NCBI GenBank assembly: GCA_949358305.1
Contig: OX442314.1
Location: forward strand, 28,024,001 to 28,088,000
DNA length: 64,000 nt
Reading direction: 5' to 3'
Source of the DNA: Strigamia acuminata
Taxonomy: Eukaryota
The notes below the pieces were generated by a model. That model saw only the letters and a program-made list of their open reading frames with translations, was not told where the DNA came from and did not search any database. This document shows positions 24,501-37,098 of this stretch, piece after piece. How positions within the stretch are numbered: the first letter of the stretch is position 1; each line of letters starts with the position of its first letter. The translations under genes and the position numbers were made by a program.

Positions 24501-25780
24501 CGCAATTACGTCCGTAGTTGTATTCATTGCCAACAGTACAAACCCTGCCAGCACAAGAAACATAGAGCGAGTTACACTCGTCATATCCTTGGGAAGTCAT
24601 TTGCATAGATCTAATGGGCCCCAAACCGACAGGGAGACATCAATATAGATTCGTATTAGTAATAATCGATCAATGTACCAAATGGGTAGAATTATTCGCT
24701 TTATCAAAAGCATCTAGTGAATCAATCGTGAATAGATTAGGAGAAGTAATTCATAGATGGGGATTTCCAAAGAAAATTATCAGTGATAATGGAAGTCAGT
24801 TCATATCAACGATTTATGAAGAGTTTTGTAAAAAACATAACATTAGAATGGCGCATGTGAGTCCATATCACGCTCAGGCCAATCCAACAGAAAGAGCCAA
24901 TAGAAATATTAAAATAATGTTGGCTATTTATTCTGATATCCATTCTCATTGGCCAAAATTCTTAAATGAATTTGCATTCGCCTCAAGAACGGCTCAATCC
25001 GAATCAACGGGCACAACGCCATTTTTATTGAATACGGGACGAAGCGTACCTTTACCTTTCGACCCACGAATTATTCAACATGCCAATAAATTTGACAAGA
25101 ATAACCCGGAAGAATACGTGTATAATTTACTTGGAATTTTACGTCGAGCACATCAAGAAATGCATCAGCGAATTCAAGCAAATTACGAAAGACACGATAA
25201 AATACACCGAAACAAATTTCACATCTGTGAATACTCAGTCGGTGATTTAGTATGGAAAGCGACTCACATCCTTTCTAATAAAGAGAAAGGAATTACTAAA
25301 GGTTTCGCAGAGAAACGAGATGGACCGTGGGAAATTACGGAAGTCTTACCAGGAGGTGCTTATAAGTTGAGAAAATTAGTGGATGGATCAATAGAACCAT
25401 CAATAAATACTGATGATCTCTCGCCTTATATCCCATCCTATCCTGTTGAAACTTGGACACTCGATCAAAGGAGTGGAAAAGTGGAAAATCACCCAAACCC
25501 CGACTGGATGAACGAAGAATCCATCATAAATAATTCAGAAGAATTAAAAGAACAAGAATTAGAAAATAATTCTACTAATATGGAAATAGATCCAGAAATC
25601 GTGGCACCAGTTTCAAATGAAAGCGATATTATAATCAACACTCCGAAACATGATTATAATTTAAGGAAAAGAAAACGAAGTTGTGAGCCACCACAGCTAC
25701 AATCTCGTGCAAAGCAAATTGCTACGTCGGATCAGGAGTGTACAACAGATTTTGTACACTTAATTCAAGATCGCCGCTAA
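21492..25780 (+). pseudogene. pol: Gypsy A pol (-1 frameshift from gag), with TGA at 23079-23081 and a frameshift near 24560-24590
   Basis: Slippery A AAA AAC at 21492-21498 plus a GGGGGT/ACCCCC stem. Motifs ALMDSGA, YLDD, TDAS, HGHPLSGHAG..CIHC, IDLMGP, SDNGSQF. Confidence 0.9.
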
Positions 25781-26203
25781 AAAGAATGATGTATTTAGAA
25801 CCAAAATAGACAGGTTTCTTCAAACCTACAAATGTGTCATGATTAAATCACGACCAATAAGAGGGTATATTTTAAAAATACCCCGGGTGGAGAGTAGAAG
25901 ATTTGTTCTTCACTTAGGAAGTTTTCACACACACGTGCGAGAACTGATTGACATAAGTTCATCGGCGAAAGGTCAAAACACGTTTCCAAAAGGAAAGTTC
26001 CAGAATCTCGGTAACTAACAAGTGTTATAAAGTGGTTAATTTAGAATTTTAAAAGAAATTAAAACAGAAATCCTTAATAATTCTCTAGAGAGAAGGGAAA
26101 GGAAAACTTCGGTGATTTGGTCGTCCCGGCAAATTACAAGCTTCGTCGCGAAGGAAATTTGGATTTTCCAGAAGGAAAATAAAACACCCTACGGAGCATT
26201 AAT

Positions 26204-26554
26204 TTGCGTAAGTTATATATACTTATATTGAAGATTATTACTCGAATTTACCGTCAAAAAATTCTAAAAGAATTTAGTGTCGCGAACGGACGGTATAAAA
26301 TTCTCGTCGGAAGAAAACCAAAAACTCCGGAATATGAGCCGAAATCTCCAATATACGAGCCAAGAACTCCGGAATATGTGCCAAAATCCCCGCCGACAGA
26401 GGATAGAGGTGAAAATTCGAACGGACCCAAATTCGTCATCGATCGAAAACCAGCGGAATTTCTTCCACTAGAGAAATCTGAAGTCAAGAATTCCAGCGAA
26501 ACTCTTAAGAAAGAGAGTGAAAAATCGGAATCCGATGAAGAAGAAGTCGAGTGA
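26204..26554 (+). CDS. Possible remnant of a 3' accessory ORF of Gypsy A with YxPx(S/T)Px heptads
   Basis: 21-nt repeats at 26318-26395 encode PKTPEYEPKSPIYEPRTPEYVPKSPP, followed by an acidic tail. No ATG start. Splice-like sites nearby. Confidence 0.4.
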   Translation: MRKLYILILKIITRIYRQKILKEFSVANGRYKILVGRKPKTPEYEPKSPIYEPRTPEYVPKSPPTEDRGENSNGPKFVIDRKPAEFLPLEKSEVKNSSETLKKESEKSESDEEEVE

Positions 26555-27029
26555 CTCGCGGAGTTAATTTCTGAATTTAAAATAATTTGAGAAAGTGTTA
26601 GGAACTAACAATTTCGAATGTGTTCGATTTTGATATTTAATAAGCATTTGTGATATGTAAAAGTCATGTTATTTTAAGAGGAAAATCAAGAGATAATCCT
26701 ATAATAGAAAACTTTTAATAAGTGTTAATCGAAAGAAATAATTTAACCAAAAAATTATGTTGATTTCCGTTATTTGGAATAATAATTGTGTGGAAATTAA
26801 GAACACACTGTGTAAACTTCGAATTTTGTTTTATTGTAACCAAAATTGTTTTTATTGATAAATATTAAAACAAATTATTGCGAGCATTATAAAGAGATAC
26901 GAATTTCTTTGAGTCACTCATCCTAGATTAAAATGAAGATATATTTTGTCAGGATATTAATAAAAGTCATTCACGAGAATAACATAAACTTATGAATAAA
27001 TATTATAAGTTGAGTGATTAAGGGGGATG

Positions 27030-28786
27030 TATGACGGTTTATAGGTGCTATTTATTAATAACACGGCCGAATTTTAATTGTTTTCGGTGAAACCCGCATT
27101 TGTCAATGCTCCGAGTCGCCACTAGATGGCGCGAATACAATTCAGCGCTAAATTTGAATTACGAGTTAAAAGTTAGTAAATAAATATAAGAATATATTTA
27201 TTTGAAGAAGACGAAGCTTCACTACTATTAATATAATTATATATTAATGGTTATTAGTGATAATAGTTGATTTGAATCTCCAGTTCGGCAGAAAAGGAGA
27301 TTTGGCGATCAATCGATCAACCGATCGATCTGATTGGTGGAGCCATTTCCGGTCCTGGGTATCCAGTTCCGGTTGTGGTGAGAATTAGCATATTGCTCCT
27401 CCGTATCCACTTCCGGTGATACAGGATTGGAGGGATTCGTGGAACCCATGTTCCAATTGGGTGATTGGATTAATCCTTAATCCAGTCAGGTTATATAAAC
27501 CCAAACAACCGGCCATCCGGCAGCTCTGTTTGATTATTTTCTGTTTGGTATTGTTACTTAAGAAATATGATTCGTTGTTCACGTAAAAAAACCTTTTGGT
27601 TCTTTGTTGATTTATTCACAAAGAACCGTTGCATGATTCTACAGAATCATGCCACCGCCGGCAATTGAAGTCGAAGTGCTGGGATCATTATGTTGCATAA
27701 ATGTTACAGTTTACGGTTGCGACGCCGAAGGAGAACCCGCCGTTGTGCAATTCAGTATCCTCCGGACAGGACCATGTGGTCTTTCTCGGTATGAACGTAT
27801 TCCGTTACCGCAAGTAGCATCGTTGCTGTTGAGAATTAGTTCCTTCACCGGATGGTGCCAAAGCAGTCTGTTTTACAGTAACCACGAGTAGCACCAAGTG
27901 TTTGGCAAGCTGATTCTCATGGTATTCGATGCCAAAGTAGTCGGTCTATTATTAGTACCGCGAGAGATTATACTGCTGTGCGGAGCCGCGAGCTATCGAC
28001 TCCTGTGTACGTGATACCGTCAATCGCCAGACGAACGACCGTGTCGCGACGCAGGGGACGCTTGATACCGTTCTGCATTGCAAGGCGTATATTTTCTTTC
28101 GACGGCAATTGTGTGTTGCGACGGGAAGCCTAATCTTCATTTTATTTATAACAGCTAAATATTAACTTGGCGACAAGTTGATTAACCAAGTCAGAAGACT
28201 TAATTACGATCACGATTACATCAAAGACGCAAATGTAACTGATAAGTTGATGACAACTTATCCACAAAAATATCTAAATAAGAATTCACAACGATATGAA
28301 TTAAATATAATTCATAAGCGGAATATTGATAAGTAAAATGAATACATTTACTTACACCAATATCCTCCCAAAGTTGTGGCGGTGCAGACAAAGTCAACCG
28401 CAATGCTCAGATCATTCGATTTATCGACGTGCGATAATTTACACAGCGAACCAAGGAAACCAGCGAAGCCGTATCGGACTCCAGGACACAGCCATCCGGC
28501 TTAAGATGACATCTATAATCAGGTCGAGCGATGGGGAAACCGCTCCCATATTCCAGACCCGTAGTGATATTATTCTAGGGCCAGTTGGCCAATTCTTTGT
28601 ATAGTTTAATAGCTGATTTAACTTGCCAAATGTCGGCATTAGTCCTATGTATAATTTAGCCTTGATATTATTGTTTACCAAACAATAAACTGTCTTGTAT
28701 TTATCTCGTATTGTATTCACTGTTTATTTATTGCGATCTCTTCCCGGTACCATTGTTAAATGGGAGTTGTGGTCGTCACCGTCACA
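27030..28786 (+). repeat. 3' LTR of Gypsy A
   Basis: Preceded by the PPT and followed by TSD GTCT. Confidence 0.95.
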
Positions 28787-29097
28787 GTCTCATGCAGTAA
28801 TTGAATTGTTTCACGGGCTGTATGGCATGTGGCACCGTCTTGTTGAAACCACATATTGGCCACATCAATATCATCCAATTTCGGCAGAAAGTGTGTAACG
28901 CTCCATTTTTACTAACCCTAAACCAGGGGTTCCCAAACTTTTTAGCATCGCGCCCCACTTTAAAGCAAGGCAATCTTCCGCGCCCCACTTCATCTACCGG
29001 TGCATTAAATTTTAAAAAAATAAACTACAAAATATATTGCATAAAATTTTATACAATTTTACATATAATTTTATGAGCATGAAGGCTTATTTATCAG

Positions 29098-30603
29098 TAG
29101 AGACCGGATATTTATGCAAAATAAAATTTGTTTTATGTGCATAAAATATGCACTAAAAATTCCATTTTATGCAAAATAAAAATAAAAATATGCAAAATAA
29201 AATATTTTATATGATTGAAATCAGGTGTTAAATAACAACTTAATACCATTTCCAAGTGTTCATGATGTAAATGAATTATAATTAGTAATTACAATTCATT
29301 CTTTTCTATTTTTTTATTTGTTTATTTTACACATTTAATGACTTCCCCTGGTTTCTGTTTTTGGCGAAGTCCTGACTTCCGAACGCAAATCATACGTATA
29401 CAACAATCAGTGTTGTATCTAGTTCACTAAATCGCAAACTAGTTCTAGTTCTCGTTCATCACCATTTTCAATTTACTGAACTAGTTCTAGTTCCCGTTCA
29501 CCCCGAAATCTCAAAGTGAACTAAGTTCTAGTTCAGTTCTAGTTCAGTTCTAGTTCAGTTCACTTTACAAACTTTTTTTTTGTGAATTCAAATTTTTATT
29601 TACACCATTTTATACTGGAATAAGACATTAATTTACTGTAAAAATTATTAAATTATTAAATTATTAGTGTTTACAGGAAATAAATTCGACCAAAAATGGA
29701 TATTTTTTTACCATGAAAACAAGAACATCCCGAATTTTTGAGAAATCGAAAACAACCGAACGTTTTATAGCGAAATGACATGTTTTTATTTAAAAATAAG
29801 TTGTTACAATTATAGAAATTCTTCGACGAAACATATTTACCAGAAAAATCGATTTTTTTCCGAAATTTTCCGAAATTTTGCTGCAAAAATCAACCTTTTT
29901 TGGCAAAAAACAACGTTAAATCGATGAATTGGGTTCGCAATGAGTGGCAAATTACCACAAATCATTCTAGTACCTGAAAAATCGAACGGAAACACCATTT
30001 CTTACCCGGAACAATGACAAGTTTTCTTCGGCAAGCCGCACGGTCGCAACAAGCGACACGCGCAAAAGCACCGCCGATACTTAACAGTCGACTTCCCGGC
30101 AAGTCAAATGAAAGAAACGAACACTTTTCAATGATTCGACTTGTTTAAAACTAAAAACGAATGGAATCATCGTCTGTGATTGGCCGTGACATATAACGTC
30201 GGAAGAACGAACTAGTTAACGAACTAGAACGTAGTTCGCGTCAAAAAAACGAACTTTGTTCGTTTTTTAAGTTTTTTAAAAAAGGTGAACTAGTTCGCGT
30301 TCTTAGTTTGCGAACTACGAACTAAGTTCGCGAACGCGAACTATTAGTTCTAGTTCGATACAACACTGACAACAATACATGAAACGTACACAAAACGAAC
30401 GCAATATTTTTCTTAAAAAAGTCAGAAATTGATACGTACACGTTACGTATCGTAAAAGAGTGACACAAATCGCCATTTTTTTCGGAAAAACGGCAAAATA
30501 TGCATTTATTTCCGATTTTCGGAAAATATGCATTTATAGCCGATTTTGGCTTTATATTGAATAAAAATATATTGCATGCATTTATGCATTTATCCGGTCT
30601 CTA
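29098..30603. mobile_element. hAT-type MITE (middle)
   Basis: TIR TAGAGACCGGATA / TATCCGGTCTCTA. 8-bp TSD TTTATCAG. Confidence 0.85.
29408..30368. mobile_element. hAT-type MITE (inner) with AGTTC/GAACT subterminal repeats
   Basis: TIR CAGTGTTGTATC / GATACAACACTG. 8-bp TSD ACAACAAT. Confidence 0.85.
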
Positions 30604-31661
30604 TTTATCAGCCATTTATCCATAATAAAATTGAGCACTCAAACTGATATGGATTTGAATTTAGCAGTTGGGTATTGTCTAGATAGAATAGACTCTTCTA
30701 GACGACAAGACAAGTGACTATTCTAGGGGGAGGGCATCATGTCTATAAGTTAGTTTGATTGTTAAAATTTAAAAAATATTTTTTTTTGTGAGCGACGCCT
30801 TGCGCCCCACCAAAAATCAGCTCGCGCCTCACCAGTGAGGCGCGCCTCACCATTTGGGAAACGCTGCCCTAAACTATCAGCTGTCAAATTGTTTTTTTTC
30901 AGGGTTGCCAACAATTTACTGCACAAATGGCGGCAAATTCAAATCTTGCGTAATTTTGAGACACCATTTATATATTTAATTGAACAATGTATACATTTTT
31001 TGAGACACCCTGTATTGTCGGTCAGGTTTTATTTGGGCTACCCGAAAGCATTTGTTTGTCATTTTAAATTTTAGTATTATAAAGAATAACTACATTTAAA
31101 ATTAAATCTGAATTCCAGCTTGGCCATTACACTTGCATGCCAGTTGAAAACAAAATTGTTGTATTTGTGATCAACGAAACACGAAAAACTGGAAATCTTA
31201 GAAGTGATCTAGATCCGCACTTATTTCAGGATCTGATCATATGGAGACAAAATAAAGTTTACTTACTGATACATTCTCATCACAATACTGTATGAGTGAA
31301 TAATCTAAAAATATGCAAAAAATGTTTATCTTGTTATAAATTAACACTGTAGTGGATGACAGAATCAGTCAACATTTTGGCAAATTCGTTCGGATCACAT
31401 GGATCCAGTAATACTAGTATGTTAAAACAAAAACAAAACCTGTGATGACGATAAACAGTTTCACAAATACTTTAAACTAAAAATATATTATTTTTATTTC
31501 TAACAAGATTATATCATTCAGTATATTTGGTCTTCATACTTTTAGTATATTAAAAATAAAATCACTGAAACTTTATTTTTTATATCATAGAGTTCATTCT
31601 TATTTGCATTGGAATACCAATTTGAGGAACACATTTTTTTAAAAACAAACTTAGCCATTAA

Positions 31662-34600
31662 TGGAGTGTCTGTACTCCATTCTGTAATTGTCATTTCCTG
31701 TTGATTTGTGACGCTACCTTTGCGCAGCGCCACCTGTGTTAACTTTTGACTTAATAAACATACTTATGCAAATATGGCCGCTTGACACGCATCTTCCTTG
31801 CTTCATCCAACAATCATTATCACCATCACGAATAAGAACACAACAATTGGCGACGAGATGGTAATACAAGAATCCACATTCTTTATTGTGAACTTTTTCG
31901 TGCAAAATTAGCGACTTTTTCGAACCTTTGCTGACCACGCTGACCACGCGGACTTCGCGGACCCGAAAGTAGGCCTAGTTCCTCCGTTTTGTCTTTTTGT
32001 TGCGCTTCCTTCAACTTTGTTGCTTTCCACGATGCCAAACGTCGGCACACCGGATAAGTACGATCCCAACGACGACTGGGAGACGTATATTTCGCAGATG
32101 AAATGCGTCTTCGCAGTAAACAAAGTGGACGCCGACGCGGACAAAGTCAATTTCCTGCTCGCCTGCGTAGGAATGGCGACGTTCAAACGGATCACGGATC
32201 TAGCCAGACCAAAGGATCCGACCACGATGAAGTACGACGAGGTGGTCGCCCTAATGCAGAAGCACCAGAAACCAAAGCCGCTCGCGCAAAGTGCAGTTAT
32301 GCGCTTCCGTTCCCGCACTCGTGCGCCCAACGAGTTGGTGGGTGATTTCGCCGTGGAGTTGCAGGTGCTGACACGATACTGTGAATTCGGAGACAAGCTG
32401 GACGACGAGCTGCGAAACCAATTTATTTGGGGCCTCAACTTGCGAAACGTGCAGGAAACGCTCGTTTTGAAGAAGGACATGACGTTCGCCGAAGCCCTCG
32501 ACGCAGCGTCAGCAGCGGAGTTGGCCAGTTCCGACCTTGCAAGCTTTGCAAGACCCACAACAACAGTACATCAGGTCAGCAATTCCAATAATAACTTCGC
32601 CGCCAAGGCGAAATTTAATTCGAAGCGACAGACGGGTGGAAAACGCTTTCCGAAGAGCTCCGCCACGTCGCACGGCAAGCAGACTCCAGCCAAACACGCG
32701 TGGGACCCCAACAGCTGTCCATCGTATGGGGGAACGGATCACCGACGATCCGACTGTAAGTGGCGGCACGCCAAGTGCCACAACTGCGGCCTCGACGGAC
32801 ATCTCAAGACGGTATGCAGAAAAGCGACGACGACTTCGATGCCAAATCACGCGATCGAACCAATGCCGCGACAGCTCACCTTCTACGCGATTGAGCCAAC
32901 TACCAACGTGTCCACGCCGACTGTGAATGCTGTCAACATACGCCACACCAAGCCGCTAGTTTTGGAACTTTTGATTGCAAACACCAAACTTGGAATGCAA
33001 ATCGACACCGGCGCTGGCGCAACGTTTATTTCTCGCAAACTGTATAATCGATATTTCAAAGAATTTCCATTACAGCCATTACACATCCAGATGTCATCGT
33101 ACGACGGGCACGTCCTGCCCGTGGACGGCGTGTGCGAGGTTCCAGTTTACTACAACGAGAAACCTTATTGCTTGTCGCTCTGCATCGCCTCGAAAGGCGC
33201 CGTTCCGCTGTTAGGCCGCGACTGGCTCGATGCGTTTGGCCTGCTGGAATCCACCAAGGAACACATGGGTGCTGTCGTGTACGCCCTCAAGCCCGTTGCA
33301 GGTGCTGTGCCCACACCCATAGCCGCTGATAAGCTACGCAATCGTGCGACACGCGCTCCGCCGCCTGCCAAACCAGTCGCTCCACCGCCACTCGAAATTG
33401 CTGCCCCTTCGACGTCAACTGCTCCACACGGCTCCGTGAGCGCACAATCGCTGTCATCGCTCAAAACGATCCTCTCAAAGCACAAACACGTGTTCAGGAA
33501 CGAGATTGGCCGACTTTCTACGGCCACCGTGAGTATCGACGTTGACCAGAACTTTTCACCGATTTTGAAAGCCTATCCGGTTCCGTTGGCGATTAAGCCC
33601 GACCTCGAGCTCGAGTTGCGTTGTCTGCAGGACCTTGGCATCATTACTCCCGTGGCTTAATCACGATGGGCGACGCCTATCATGCATGTGCGGAAGACTG
33701 ACGGGACCATGAAGATCGCGGGGTGCTACAACCGCACCGTGAATAAAGCTGTGTTGCCTTGTTCGTATCCGCTGCCGTTGTTTGCGGACGTGGCGAATAA
33801 ATTGTCGGGTGGCGAAACTTATTCTACCCTCGACATGAACCACGCCTACAATCAATTGGAGTTGGACGACAAGAGCAAGGACGTTTGCACCATAAATACG
33901 CACATCGGACTTTTTCGCGTTAATCGATTATTTTATGGCATATCCACAGCTCCGGCTCTTTTCCAGCGCACGATGGACGGTTTATTGGCTGATGTGGGGA
34001 ACACACAACCTTACATCGACGACTCAGCCGTCACCGGGCCAACCAACGACGTGCACCTGCAAAATCTCGACAACCTCCTTGCTACTTTCGACGCGAACGG
34101 ACTCACGCTCAACGAATCCAAGTGCAAGTTTTTGCAACCATCGGTTGAATTTTTGGGTTTAAGAATTTCGAAGCAAGGGATTTCGCCGATTAATTCCAAA
34201 TTGGCGCCCCTTCGTAACTCCTCGCGTCCGACGGATGTCACTTCGCTAAAATCGTTCATCGGCCTTGTGAACTACTACGGCCGTTTCGTTGCTAATTTAT
34301 CAACAACTCTTGAACCTCTTTATAGTCTCACTCGTGACGGCGCCAAATGGACGTGGGACAAGCAGCACGAAGCAGCATGGCAGTGTGTGCGAAATTCGGT
34401 GTCAACGGAGTCAGCTCTCACCCACTACGACCAGAAGAAGCCCGTGTACCTCACGGTCGACGCATCTCCCGTCGGAGTGGGCGCTTTCCTCTCGCACGTC
34501 GACAACGCCGGCGTGCACCACCCAATCGCCTTCGCATCATCGCTCTTGTCAGCTGCTCAGCGCAACTACGCGCAAATCGAGCGCGAAGGATACGCAATAG

Positions 34601-36552
34601 TGTATGGAATTCGAAAATTCCACCACTATTTGTTTGGACGACGATTTCTGCTTCGAACTGACCACAAGCCGTTGGTCTCCATCTTCGGCGACAAGAAAGG
34701 GTGCAACCAAGTCGTGGCTGCGCGCCTTCATCGCTGGGCCGTCTTCCTGTCGGCGTACGACTACGAAATTTCGCATGTTCCCGCTTCGGATAACGCTATT
34801 GCTGACGGACTCTCGAGAAACCCGCAGCCACTCGTCGACGCGACAGAAGACCTCGAAATCGGCGCAATTGAAATCTTTTCGTCATCGTTACATCAATTTC
34901 CAGTCTCGGCGGCTTCTCTGCAAGCCACTTACGAAAACGATGCATTGTTGCAGACTGTGCTCGAATGCACACGCACAGGATGGCAACAGCATACGCCCGA
35001 GACAGCTCCCTTCTACAAGCATCGTGATTCCTTTTCGGTTTTTAATAATTATTTGTTTTTATTCGACAGACTCGTGGTTCCGGTCGGCCTGCGCGCTGCA
35101 ATTCTAGCGGAGTTGCATGCAGGTCACTACGGCATTGTGCGCACAAAGTCACTTGCGCGCGCCACGGTCTGGTGGCCGGGAATCGACGCCGACGTAGAGC
35201 GCACCGTGCGCCTATGTGATGCTTGCCAACGGGCACTTCCAGATCCTCCACGCACTTCAGACGTTCGCTGGCCAATACCGGACGAGGTGTGGGGCAGGAT
35301 CCACATCGATTTCGCCGGACCATTCCACAACAAGATGTTCCTGCTAGCCATCGATGCGAAATCGAAATGGTGCGAGATTCGCGCCATGTCAACAACAACA
35401 GCTGCAGCAACCGTCGCAGTGTTGAAGGAGTGGTTCTGCCAGCACGGCCTGCCGATCCACGTCCACTCGGATAACGGGCCACAATTCACCGCGTCCGAGT
35501 TCCAGCAGTTTTTGGCGGAAAATGGCGTCCGCCACACGTTTTCTCCGCCGTACCACCCAGCAACAAATGGCGCGGTTGAGGGATTCGTCAAGACGTTTAA
35601 AAACCAAATGGACAAATTAATCAAACTCAATTTTTCGCTTACCGAAGCCCTTTTGCAGTTCCTGTTTTCGTATCGCTCGACGCCACATGCGACACTGCGG
35701 AAGTCACCGGCTGAAGTTTTCACACAGCGCCAGCTGCGCTGTCGACTTCACCTCCTCAATCCTCGCCTGCTCCCGGACATCACAGTTGCGGACACCTCCA
35801 GGAACTTTGAGGCAGGGGATCCAGTTTTCGTGCGCGACTATCGCCACGGCGAGAAGTGGGTTCCGGCAATCATTTTGGAGAAAATTTCGTCCACGACGTA
35901 CAAGGTGGAAGTCGCTACTACGGTAGTGTGGTCTCGCCATATTGACCAGATCCGCAAGCGATTGGTTATTGGCAAGCCAATTCCAATGGGGGAGGAGAAC
36001 TTCCAAGAACCTCCTTTTAATTTTCCTGCTTCGTTGACCACGACTCCGCCACCACCGACTCCCGGACCTGCAATCGTGCAACCAAATGTCGCAGCTCACG
36101 TCCCACGCTCACCTCCGCGTCCTCCGACTGCGCCTCCGCCTCCACAGCAACCAGCGCGCAGCCCACGACCAACACGAGCTAGGACCCAGACAAAGTTTTA
36201 TGGTTTTCCCGATGGGTAGAACTTTTGTGTGTAATTGAGTGTCAGTTTTATCATTACTCAGTGTTCAATTGATTGTGTATTCTCGTTTTATTACATTCTT
36301 CATTATTACAAGTCGATTGACTACAATGTTAAAATTGCTCATCTTCCGCCTCACAATTGAGGGGATGTTGGAGTGTCTGTACTCCATTCTGTAATTGTCA
36401 TTTCCTGTTGATTTGTGATGCTACCTTTGCGCAGCGCCACCTGTGTTAACTTTTGACTTAATAAACATACTTATGCAAATATGGCCGCTTGACACGCATC
36501 TTCCTTGCTTCATCCAACAATCATTATCACCATCACGAATAAGAACACAACA
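31662..36552 (+). mobile_element. Full-length Ty3/Gypsy element, Mag (K02A2.6-like) type, inserted in IR3 exon 5
   Basis: LTRs at 31662-31845 and 36366-36552. 5-bp TSD ATTAA. PBS TGGCGACGAG (tRNA-Ser GCU-like) at 31848. PPT GAGGGGA. Confidence 0.93.
32032..36219 (+). pseudogene. gag-pol: Mag-type gag-pol single frame with one premature stop (TAA 33658-33660)
   Basis: Both ORFs are in one frame (ITPVA*SRWATPI). Motifs CHNCGLDGHLKTVC, IDTGA, YIDD, VDAS, LHAGHYG..CDAC, IHIDFAGP, SDNGPQF. Confidence 0.9.
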
Positions 36553-36670
36553 ATTAATTGCTTAGAACAAATAAAATGTCAATTTGAAATAACTTCGCAA
36601 ACAACATTATTTTTGAAAAAAGACAATTTCACTTTACGACAGGTGAATTTGATTTGCTTATAATCTAGTA

Positions 36671-37098
36671 CAGTCGGACCCGAGAAATTTGTAAAAAAAA
36701 CAACACTGACCAAAAAAAAATTCAGTTTTATTATGAAAAACATTATTTACTCATACACACAGTGAGTTTGAACTGAAGTTTTGAAAATAATTAATTTTTT
36801 TTTTTAAAATTTAACATTTAACTAAACTTTTAAACTTATTTAAACATATTTTCCTCTCATTTTCTAAACAAGGACATCAGTTCTGAGTCATGTGATGAAT
36901 TTTCAAAATTCGATATAACGGGCTCATTAGTATTAGTGTTCCTAGAAACTCGTTTGTTTATAACGAATAATTCGTAATATTAAAATTTGTTACCGGTAAA
37001 TCAAATTTTTAAACATGATCTTCTATGCTGACCAACCAAGTAATTCGTTACATCAAAAATTCGTAAAAACGCGGTTCGTTATAAACGAGGTCCGACTG
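36671..37098. mobile_element. MITE at the same intronic position as 4850-5542
   Basis: ta-CAGTCGGACC...GGTCCGACTG-ta with shared flanks. Confidence 0.7.

Larger units (their letters stand above)
16395..28786 (+). mobile_element. Full-length Ty3/Gypsy LTR retrotransposon A (Osvaldo-like by inference), coding-defective
   Basis: 1757-bp LTRs at 16395-18151 and 27030-28786. 4-bp TSD GTCT. PBS at 18154. PPT AAGGGGGA at 27020-27027. Domain order PR-RT-RH-IN. Confidence 0.95.
28924..30866. mobile_element. hAT-type MITE (outer of three nested)
   Basis: TIR CAGGGGTTCCCAAA / TTTGGGAAACGCTG. 8-bp TSD CCCTAAAC. Confidence 0.85.
16192..30968 (-). mobile_element. Internally deleted mariner-like (DD37D/maT-like) element hosting the Gypsy and hAT insertions
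   Basis: ta-AAGGGTGTCCCAAAATTAACGCAAGATTTGAATT ... AATTCAAATCTTGCGTAATTTTGAGACACCATT-ta. The minus strand across the Gypsy insertion reads MWFQQDGATCHTARETIQLLHETFPGRVLSRFSDQN. Confidence 0.8.

Noticed and set aside
33658..33660. Programmed stop-codon readthrough in the Mag gag-pol
   Set aside because: The TAA falls inside the conserved RT N-terminal motif (PV.xS.WA.PI), not at a gag/pol boundary. Other substitutions suggest decay.
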